Below, one piece after another: positions 36,383 to 43,808 of a stretch of 64,000 nt of DNA. The stretch comes from Desulfovibrionaceae bacterium. Lineage in GTDB: Bacteria; Desulfobacterota; Desulfovibrionia; Desulfovibrionales; Desulfovibrionaceae. Each line of letters begins with the position of its first letter. Position 1 is the stretch's first letter. Made by a program: the position numbers and the translations under genes. The notes under the pieces are model-generated. The model was not told the DNA's origin and did no database searches. It saw nothing but the letters and a program-made list of their open reading frames with translations. Where the stretch lies: NCBI GenBank assembly GCA_040307135.1, contig JAWRKD010000130.1:4231-68230 (forward strand). The letters are read 5' to 3'.

Positions 36383-36914
36383 CGGCTCTCCCCTGGACCT
36401 GGGCCAGTTGCAGGAGCCGGGAGCTGATGGCCAGCCCGGCCTTGCGCGCCGCCTGCATGTCGATCTGGAGCCTGAGCCGCCCGCCGTCTTCCACGATGTT
36501 CACGATGAGCCCCGGCGGCGGGCTCTCCAGCTGGTAGCCCACGGTGAGCACCGGCCGGTCCGCCAGGCGGTTCACCAGGGCCGCGGCGTCGCGCGGGGCC
36601 GTGCCGTTGAGCAGGAGGATGTGGCAGGGGGTGGCCGGCCACTGGGTCAGGAGCATGCCGGGGGAGGCCGCGGGGTCGGGGAAATAGGCGCGGAGCTGGC
36701 GGGCGTCCGTGGCCGCCAGCAGAAACGGCGAGCCCTGGGCCGGGGCCGCCAGCTCGGGCCAGGTGACATAGCGGGCCAGCCGCTGCACGATGAGCGCGCA
36801 GAGCTGGTCGCCGGAGGCGCTCACCTCGCCCTGCGCCGAGGCCTGCGCGCTGAGCAGAAGCGGCAGCAGGACCACCGGCAGGAGGAGGGCGCGCAGCCGG
36901 CTCAAAAGTCCCAT
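36375..36914 (-). CDS. YfiR-family (DUF4154) periplasmic protein
   Basis: 179 aa. Signal peptide ...LLLSAQASAQGE, then ALIVQRLARYVTWPE...CHILLLNG...PVLTVGY...GLIVNIVEDGGRLRLQIDMQAARKAGLAISSRLLQLA is typical of the YfiR family (recognised from memory). Confidence 0.65.
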   Translation of the reverse strand: MGLLSRLRALLLPVVLLPLLLSAQASAQGEVSASGDQLCALIVQRLARYVTWPELAAPAQGSPFLLAATDARQLRAYFPDPAASPGMLLTQWPATPCHILLLNGTAPRDAAALVNRLADRPVLTVGYQLESPPPGLIVNIVEDGGRLRLQIDMQAARKAGLAISSRLLQLAQVQGRAGD

Positions 36915-38824
36915 GTGACTCTCAGGGCCAGACTGGTGTCCACCTCGAGAACCGAAAATTCCTGGCGCGCGCCGAGCAGGTTCTGGCCGATGAGCTCCAG
37001 CAGGAGACCCTCCCTGGCCTTCCAGGAGAGGTGGGCGTCCATGGTCCAGTAGCTGTCCAGGCGCTCCTCGGTGGGACTGTCCAGGTAGGCCGTGTCCACG
37101 TCCAGGCCGACGCCATGGCCCAGGTCGCTCATGACCATGAGCTTGGTCTCCACCACGTCCGTGGGCTTGGGCAGGGAATCACCGTGGTCGTCCCAGCTGA
37201 ACTGCTGGAAATCCTGGCGGATGAAGCTCACCGACGGCCGCAGGGTCAGCCACTGCCGGGCCTGCCATTCGAGCAGGCTCTCCACGCCGTAGGACATGCC
37301 GCTCAGGCTGTTGACCAGCTTGCCGGTGCGGGTGGCGCCGTTCAGCTCAAGCTTGGTGAGCCGGTCATAGTCGTTGGCGAACAGGGAGACTTCCATGGCC
37401 AAGAGCTTGGAGATGTGGCGGCGGTAGCCCGCCTCGTAGGCGATGAGCTCCTCGCTGGTCAGGGAGTCGGTGGGGCGGACGTCGTAGTCCACGCCCTGGT
37501 ACCGGACCCGGTAGAAGCCGTTGTCCTGCCAGCGGTTGGCCGGGCGCACGGCCCGCGACACGGCCAGCCAGTATTCCTGGTCCTCCAGGGTCTGGAGCAG
37601 GCGGACGGTGGGCTGGGTCTCCAGGTTGCCGCTGCCCAGGTAGTCGAACTTGAGCCCCAGAATGAGGAAGAGGCTGTCCTGCACCAGGGTCAGCTTGTCC
37701 TGAAGGAAGGCGCTGGTCTCCAGGCGGTAGGAGTTCGGGGTCTCCATGCGGGAGTCGGCCTTGTCCTTGAAACTGTCCCAGTAGTAGCGGGTGCCCAGCC
37801 CGTAGCTCAGAAGGTTGCGGTCGCCCAGCTCCAGGACGTGCTGGAGTTCGGCGTCCCAGACGTTGCTGGTGCCCTCCAGACCGCCGTCGGTGTCCAGCTC
37901 GCGGGTATAGGAAGTGCGGAAGTGCAGGCCCGAGCCCAGGCCCGTGGCCCGGTCCCAGGCGAGCTGCCAATAGCCGCCGTAGTTCTCCTTCTCCTGGGGC
38001 GGGGCCATGTGCGGCATGGCGCCCGCGCCCTCGTTGAACTGCGACTGGACCAGCTCGCCCTGCAGGGAGAGCTCGTCGGTGGCGGCGTTGTTCCAGTCGA
38101 TGCGGGCCCCGGTGCGTCCCTGGGTCCAGTCCCGGGTGCTGGTGGCCTGGTGGGCCTGGTCCTGGAGCTGGGAGCCGTCCTGATAGCTGCCCTTGGCGTA
38201 GATCCGGTAGTACAGGTCCTCGCCTGCGGAGCCGCCGTTGCGCAGGGTCTGTTCCAGGCCGTCGGTGCCCGCTAGGCTGACGCTCTGCCAGCCCTGGGTC
38301 TCGGCGGCCCGTTTGGTGATGATGTTGATGACCCCGGTGAAGGAGTCCGAGCCCCAGAGGCTGGTCCAGGCACCGCGCACCACCTCGATGCGCTTGACCG
38401 TCTCCAGGGGAATGCTCTCGTTGCTCCAGGCCACGTTGGTCCGGGCCGAGGAGGTGATGGGCCGGCCGTCCAGGAGCACGAGGTGCTTGTTGTCGAACAT
38501 GCCGTTGAAGCCGCGGATGCCCACGGCCCACTTTTCGGTGTCGATCTGGGCCACGTGCACGCCGGGGATCAGCTTGAGAGCCTCGGGGATGTTGGTGGCG
38601 CCGGACCTGCGGATGTCCTCCTCGTCGAGGACCGTCACGGCCCCGGCCACCTGGGACAGGGATTCAGCGCGGCGGGAGGGGGTCACCACCTGGACCTGCA
38701 TGAGGTCCTCCATCTCCAGGCCGGAGAGGTCCGCGGCCTCCTCCTGGGCCAGGCCGGGCGGGCAGAAAAAGAGGGCAAGAAGGGCGCTGAGAAGGAAGGC
38801 GGCAAGGAAACGCGAAGGCGGCAT
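36902..38824 (-). CDS. TonB-dependent outer-membrane receptor
   Basis: ATG at 38824 gives 640 aa. Signal peptide; plug domain VTVLDEEDIRRSGATNIPEALKLIPGVHV...GIRGFN...LVLLDGRPI; C-terminal ...ALRVTWDF terminal Phe. Confidence 0.85.
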   Translation of the reverse strand: MPPSRFLAAFLLSALLALFFCPPGLAQEEAADLSGLEMEDLMQVQVVTPSRRAESLSQVAGAVTVLDEEDIRRSGATNIPEALKLIPGVHVAQIDTEKWAVGIRGFNGMFDNKHLVLLDGRPITSSARTNVAWSNESIPLETVKRIEVVRGAWTSLWGSDSFTGVINIITKRAAETQGWQSVSLAGTDGLEQTLRNGGSAGEDLYYRIYAKGSYQDGSQLQDQAHQATSTRDWTQGRTGARIDWNNAATDELSLQGELVQSQFNEGAGAMPHMAPPQEKENYGGYWQLAWDRATGLGSGLHFRTSYTRELDTDGGLEGTSNVWDAELQHVLELGDRNLLSYGLGTRYYWDSFKDKADSRMETPNSYRLETSAFLQDKLTLVQDSLFLILGLKFDYLGSGNLETQPTVRLLQTLEDQEYWLAVSRAVRPANRWQDNGFYRVRYQGVDYDVRPTDSLTSEELIAYEAGYRRHISKLLAMEVSLFANDYDRLTKLELNGATRTGKLVNSLSGMSYGVESLLEWQARQWLTLRPSVSFIRQDFQQFSWDDHGDSLPKPTDVVETKLMVMSDLGHGVGLDVDTAYLDSPTEERLDSYWTMDAHLSWKAREGLLLELIGQNLLGARQEFSVLEVDTSLALRVTWDF

Positions 38825-39531
38825 CAGGCTTCCTGGTTCTGGGTCACGGCCATGAGGTAGCCGCGTCCACGGATGGTCTTGATGCTCACCCGTCCGGCAA
38901 GCTTCTTGCGCAGATTGCTCATATGCACGTTGAGCACGTAGTCGTCGAAGTCCACGCCCTTGCCCAGGGCCTTCTCCATGAGCACCTCGCGCTCCACGAT
39001 GTTGCCCGGGCTGGCGCTCAGGAGGTCCAGGATGCTGAACTCCGTGGCGGTCAGGGGCAGGGGCGTCCCCGCCAGGGTGGCCTGGCGGGCCCCGGGGTCC
39101 AGGCTCAGTTCGCCGATGCGCACCGCGGCCCGCTGGCGCGCGGGGGTTTCGGCCGCCGCAGCCCCGGCGTGGGAGAAGCGGCGCAGCACGGCGCGCATGC
39201 GGGCCAGCAGCTCCCGCAGGGGAAAGGGCTTGGGGATATAGTCGTCCGCGCCCTTCTCCAGCCCCACCACCCGGTCGATCTCCTCGCCGCGGCCGGTGAG
39301 CATGATGATCGGGATGTTGGACTCGGCCCGCAGCCTGCCCAGGACCTCGAAGCCGCTGGTGTCCGGGAGCATGATGTCCAGGATGACCAGGTCGTAGCCG
39401 CCGGACCGGAAGCGCTGGAGGCCTTCCGCCGCCGAGGGGGCGGCGTGGAGCTGGATGCCTTCTGCGCCGAGGTATTTGGTCAGGAGTTCGCCGAGTTCTG
39501 GGTCGTCGTCGATGAGCAGGGCTGTGGTCAT
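38824..39531 (-). CDS. OmpR-family response regulator
   Basis: ATG at 39531 (AAAGGAA RBS) gives 235 aa. MTTALLIDDDPELG...DLVILDIMLPD...GADDYIPKPF; winged-helix LTATEFSILDLL...IKTIRGRGY. The stop overlaps the receptor ATG (CTGATG). Confidence 0.9.
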   Translation of the reverse strand: MTTALLIDDDPELGELLTKYLGAEGIQLHAAPSAAEGLQRFRSGGYDLVILDIMLPDTSGFEVLGRLRAESNIPIIMLTGRGEEIDRVVGLEKGADDYIPKPFPLRELLARMRAVLRRFSHAGAAAAETPARQRAAVRIGELSLDPGARQATLAGTPLPLTATEFSILDLLSASPGNIVEREVLMEKALGKGVDFDDYVLNVHMSNLRKKLAGRVSIKTIRGRGYLMAVTQNQEA

Positions 39532-39730
39532 ACACATTTCCTTTTGAATCGTGAAATAAAGCTTCACGAAAACAAAAGGTACAGTTTTAATCTCAAGTTT
39601 TCTTAAGATTTCACAACAAAAGTAAACAACCGCTTCCGCGCCAGCGCATCAACATTCCTTTGGAACATTAATAAATCTACAGACCCTGAACGAACGGCCC
39701 ACGCTCCTCCGTATAGGTTTGCATGAGACC

Positions 39731-39755
39731 TGTCCGTTCACGGAATGAACGGACA
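39731..39755 (+). promoter_or_regulatory. 5'-UTR hairpin presenting GGA in its loop (candidate CsrA site) upstream of flagellin
   Basis: TGTCCGTTCA-CGGAA-TGAACGGACA is a perfect 10-bp stem, 40 nt before the flagellin ATG. Further GGA motifs are at CATGGATG (39759-39766) and in the SD AAGGAGGAA. Confidence 0.4.
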
Positions 39756-39794
39756 AAGCATGGATGCGAAAAAACTTCAAGGAGGAACCCCACC

Positions 39795-40655
39795 ATGTCG
39801 CTCGTCGTCAACAACAACCTCATGGCCAACTCGGCCGCCCGCTACCTGAACGAGGCCTACAGCAAGCTGTCCGCCTCCACGGAAAAGCTCTCCTCGGGCC
39901 TGCGCATCAACTCGTCCTCGGACGACGCCGCCGGTCTGGCCGTGCGCGAGCTCATGCGCGCCGACATCGCCACGCTGAACCAGGGCACCCGCAACGCCAA
40001 CGACGGCATCTCCATGATCCAGACCGCGGACGGCGCGCTCTCGGTCATCGACGAGAAGCTCATCCGCATGAAGGAGCTGGCCGAGCAGGCCGCCACGGGC
40101 ACCTACACCTCGGACCAGCGGCTGCTCATCGACTCCGAGTACCAGGCCATGGCCTCGGAAATCACGCGTATCGCCAACGCCACGGACTTCAACGGCATCT
40201 ACCTGCTCAACGGCAACCTCTCCAGCTCCGGCCTGACCATCCACTTCGGCACGGGCAACGACTCGGCCGAGGACAAGTACGACGTGGTCATCGGTTCCTG
40301 CACGGCCTCGGCCCTGGGCCTGGGCCACGGCGCCAGCGTCAAGAGCTCGGGCTACTGCGTATCCACCCAGGCCCTGGCCCAGGCCGCCCTGGAAGCCCTG
40401 GACCTGGCCGTGAAGAGCAAGGACACCATCCGCGCCAACCTGGGCGCCATGGAGAACCGCCTGGACGCCACCATCTCCAACCTGGAAATCCAGGCCGAGA
40501 ACCTCCAGTCCGCGGAATCGCGCATCTCGGACGTGGACGTGGCCACGGAGATGACCGAGTACTCCAAGGAGCAGATCATCACCCAGTCGGCCGTGGCCAT
40601 GCTCTCCCAGGCCAACTCCCTGCCCCAGATGGCGCTCTCGCTCATCACGGGCTGA
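39795..40655 (+). CDS. fliC: Flagellin
   Basis: ATG at 39795 gives 286 aa. MSLVVNNNLMANSAARYL...LSSGLRINSSSDDAAGLA...NANDGISMIQTADGAL; C-terminal ...QAENLQSAESRISDVDVATEMTEYSKEQIITQSAVAMLSQANSLPQ. Confidence 0.95.
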   Translation: MSLVVNNNLMANSAARYLNEAYSKLSASTEKLSSGLRINSSSDDAAGLAVRELMRADIATLNQGTRNANDGISMIQTADGALSVIDEKLIRMKELAEQAATGTYTSDQRLLIDSEYQAMASEITRIANATDFNGIYLLNGNLSSSGLTIHFGTGNDSAEDKYDVVIGSCTASALGLGHGASVKSSGYCVSTQALAQAALEALDLAVKSKDTIRANLGAMENRLDATISNLEIQAENLQSAESRISDVDVATEMTEYSKEQIITQSAVAMLSQANSLPQMALSLITG

Positions 40656-40679
40656 TCCGCTTCCCGCCTGTATCCGCGA

Positions 40680-40706
40680 GGCCCGGGCAATGCCCGGGCC
40701 TTTTTC
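40680..40706 (+). terminator. Intrinsic terminator after flagellin
   Basis: GGCCCGGGC-AAT-GCCCGGGCC-TTTTTCG. Confidence 0.75.
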
Positions 40707-40953
40707 GTTTCATGAGGCGGGCCGTTTTTTCCGCCCCGGGAATTTTTTTCCCTGCCCCCTGCCGCCGCCCACCCCGGACCGGGTCCTGCCGCGGCCGCGT
40801 CCATCAAGTTCCCTGTGCTTTCATCATGCCTGTCAATGTTTCTTGATGCAATCCTTTACAATCAAAACAAACCGCAAAATGATTCACTAGTAAAGTATAT
40901 CATGCATAATGTAATATTAATATTCTGCGGAATCCATATTGCTGAATCATGGC

Positions 40954-41505
40954 ATGAACACGCTGACGAAACATGATGCAAAATTGTCCTACACTGATTT
41001 ATTCAAGCGGTATTCTCCGAATATCCATATGTGTATCATGAGTTTCATACGCTACAACAATATTTTGATAAGCAGGGATGAAATCGACGACATATTCCAG
41101 GAAGTGGCGTTGAAGATCGTGAAGTACAGATATCTCGACAAGTTCGACAGCAACAGAAGCTCGCTCTCCACATGGATGAAGACCATCACAAGAACAGTGA
41201 CTATCGACTACTACAGAAAGAACAACCCGGCCATGCAGCACGAAAACATCGAGGAGCACGAGGAGCCCGCGGGCGAGAACGAACCCGCGCAGGAATTCCC
41301 GCTGCCCCCCGGCGTGCTCACCGGGAGACAGGAAGAGGTGCTGACCCTGGCCCTGCGCGACGGCTGGGAGACCAGGGACATCGCCCGCAAGCTGAGCGTG
41401 ACCGAGGAGACCGTGCGCAGCACCAAGTTCCAGGCGCTCGAACGGCTGCGCAAGCACTACGGCATCGCCCAGGAAACGGCCGAACACAAGGAGAGAGCCT
41501 CATGA
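40954..41505 (+). CDS. ECF-type sigma-70 family sigma factor (regions 2 and 4 only)
   Basis: First in-frame ATG at 40954 gives 183 aa. Region 2-like DDIFQEVALKIVKYRYLDKFDSNRSSLSTWMKTITRTVTIDYYRK; region 4-like LTGRQEEVLTLALRDGWETRDIARKLSVTEETVRSTKFQALERLRK. The 5' half is conspicuously AT-rich. The stop overlaps the flgD ATG (ATGA). Confidence 0.7.
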   Translation: MNTLTKHDAKLSYTDLFKRYSPNIHMCIMSFIRYNNILISRDEIDDIFQEVALKIVKYRYLDKFDSNRSSLSTWMKTITRTVTIDYYRKNNPAMQHENIEEHEEPAGENEPAQEFPLPPGVLTGRQEEVLTLALRDGWETRDIARKLSVTEETVRSTKFQALERLRKHYGIAQETAEHKERAS

Positions 41506-42191
41506 GCACCAGCGAAGTGACCAGCTACTACACCTCCCTGCTGGCGTCCTCGGACACGAGCACTGTGACCACCACCGACTCCAGCTCGGCCACCGACCTC
41601 ACGGCCGAGGATTTCCTGACCCTGCTCCTGACCGAGATCCAGTACCAGGATCCCACCGAGCCCCTGGATAACGCCGAGATGATCAGCCAGCTCACCGGCT
41701 ATTCCCAGCTGGATGAGCTGACCAGCATCAACGAGCAGATGGAGAGCATCGCCGACGCCGTGACCTCCTCCAGCGCCACCAACGGCCTGGACTACATCGG
41801 CAAGAGCGTGGAGGCCGAGGGCGACAGCATCGTCAAGAACGAGGACGGCATCTCCTCTCTCTCCTTCACCCTGGGCGACGACGCCGCCAGCGTGACCATC
41901 AACATCTACGACGCCAACGGCAAGATCGTGAACACGGTGAGCATGAGCGACCTGGACGAGGGCTCCTACACCTTCGACTGGGACGGCACGGACGCCGACG
42001 GCGAGAGCGCGGACGACGGCACCTACTCCGTGGCCGTCACGGCCCAGGACAGCGACGGCGACAGCGTGGACGTGACCACCACCACCTCCGGCGTCGTCAC
42101 CGGCCTGCAGATCACCTCCGACGGCGTGATCCTGGTCCTGGAGGACGGACGCACGGTGAACATGGCGGACGTGACCTCGGTCACCTCCTGA
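41502..42191 (+). CDS. flgD: Flagellar hook capping/assembly protein FlgD
   Basis: 229 aa. ...TAEDFLTLLLTEIQYQDPTEPLDNAEMISQLTGYSQLDEL (FlgD N-terminal motif), then an Ig-like C-terminal domain. Confidence 0.9.
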   Translation: MSTSEVTSYYTSLLASSDTSTVTTTDSSSATDLTAEDFLTLLLTEIQYQDPTEPLDNAEMISQLTGYSQLDELTSINEQMESIADAVTSSSATNGLDYIGKSVEAEGDSIVKNEDGISSLSFTLGDDAASVTINIYDANGKIVNTVSMSDLDEGSYTFDWDGTDADGESADDGTYSVAVTAQDSDGDSVDVTTTTSGVVTGLQITSDGVILVLEDGRTVNMADVTSVTS

Positions 42192-42230
42192 ACCCGTTGA
42201 AGACACTTCTTCCACACAAGGAGCACGAAC

Positions 42231-43781
42231 ATGAGCGTCACGGGATCGATGTACACCGGCATTTCCGGGCTGCAGGCCCAGAGCGAGGCCATTTCCGTGG
42301 TGAGCAACAACCTGGCCAACTCCACCACCACGGCCTACAAGAGTTCCTCCATCACCTTCGAGGACGTGTTCTACAGCACGGTCTCCACCGGCGGCTCCCT
42401 GTCCCAGGTGGGCAACGGCGTCACCGTCTCCTCGATCTACACGGACTATTCCCAGGGCTCCTACCAGTCCACCAACTCCGCCACGGACGTGGCCCTCACC
42501 GGCAACGGCTTCTTCGTGGTGGAGGACGCCATCACCGGCGACACCTACTACACCCGCGACGGCAGCTTCACCTTCGACAGCAACGGCTACCTGGTGGACT
42601 CCAGCGGCAACCGCGTCCAGGGCTGGGGCATGGAGGACGGCTCCATCAGCGGCGGGCTCGTGGACATCCATCTGGAGGACTCCCAGTCCCCGCCCTCGGC
42701 CACCAGCGAGGTGCACATCGTCATGAACCTGGACTCGGAGGCCACGGACAACGCCTCGGCCAGCGGCTACACGTCCCTGTACAACGTGTACGACGGGACC
42801 CAGACTCCGCCCCTGGACGACTCGGCCTATTCCTACTCCACCACGCTGACCATCTACGACGAGAACGGCGAGGCCCACGACCTGACCGTGTACCTGGACT
42901 ACGTCACCACCAACGATGACGGCTCCATCGTCTATGAGTACGTCATGTGCTGCGACGCCGGCGACGACGAGCGCACGGTCAACGGCACGGACGTGGGCGG
43001 CACCAGCGCCGCGGGCCTGCTCATGGTCGGAACCATGACCTTCAGCACCTCGGGCAAGCTCGAGGGCATGACCGCCTTCACCCTGGACGAGACCGCCATC
43101 ACCTCCTCCAGCTCCGGGCTCATGGACGCCTCCAACTGGACCCTCGCGGACTTCGACGGCAACGGCTACGTGGCCCTGTCGGCCAACTTCACGGGCGCGG
43201 ACGAGGACCAGGTCATCGGCATCGACTTCGGCCTCTACAACACCGACGCGGACAGCGGCACGGGCTGGGACGACAAGGGCGTCACCTCCCTGGCCGACCT
43301 CGACTCCACACTGCTGCCCGACGACCTGCCGGAGTTCAACACCAACCGCCTGGAGAGCAGCTACACCACCAGCTACAGCTCCAGCTCCGCCACCTACACC
43401 CTGACCCAGGACGGCTACGCTTCGGGCACCCTGAGCGAGGTTTACTTCGACGACGAGGGCGTGCTCTGGGCCTCCTACACCAACGGCCAGAGCATCTCTC
43501 TCTACACCCTGGCCCTGGCCGACTTCGCCAACGAGCAGGGCCTGGAGGCCATCGGCAGCAACCTCTACAGGGCCACGGCCGAATCCGGTCAGGCCATCAT
43601 CGGCACGGCGGGCACCGGCACCTTCGGCGACATCGCCTCCAGCTGCCTGGAGGAATCCAACGTGGACACGGCCACCGAACTGACCAACCTGATCATCCTC
43701 CAGGCCGCGTACCAGGCCAACAGCAAGGTCATCACCACGGCCAACACCCTGCTCCAGACCGCCATCAGCATGAAGAGCTAG
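42231..43781 (+). CDS. flgE: Flagellar hook protein FlgE
   Basis: 516 aa. MYTGISGLQAQSEAISVVSNNLANSTTTAYK...; C-terminal ...SNVDTATELTNLIILQAAYQANSKVITTANTLLQTAISM. Confidence 0.95.
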   Translation: MSVTGSMYTGISGLQAQSEAISVVSNNLANSTTTAYKSSSITFEDVFYSTVSTGGSLSQVGNGVTVSSIYTDYSQGSYQSTNSATDVALTGNGFFVVEDAITGDTYYTRDGSFTFDSNGYLVDSSGNRVQGWGMEDGSISGGLVDIHLEDSQSPPSATSEVHIVMNLDSEATDNASASGYTSLYNVYDGTQTPPLDDSAYSYSTTLTIYDENGEAHDLTVYLDYVTTNDDGSIVYEYVMCCDAGDDERTVNGTDVGGTSAAGLLMVGTMTFSTSGKLEGMTAFTLDETAITSSSSGLMDASNWTLADFDGNGYVALSANFTGADEDQVIGIDFGLYNTDADSGTGWDDKGVTSLADLDSTLLPDDLPEFNTNRLESSYTTSYSSSSATYTLTQDGYASGTLSEVYFDDEGVLWASYTNGQSISLYTLALADFANEQGLEAIGSNLYRATAESGQAIIGTAGTGTFGDIASSCLEESNVDTATELTNLIILQAAYQANSKVITTANTLLQTAISMKS

Positions 43782-43808
43782 CGGCAGCGGGGATGGAGGA
43801 GGACGGCC

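Noticed and set aside
39568-39730. Search for a sigma-28 (TAAA-N15-GCCGATAA) or sigma-54 promoter upstream of flagellin
   Set aside because: Only partial matches were found. TTGGAAC has no -12 TTGC at the right spacing. CCGTATAG has no properly spaced -35. None is good enough to report.
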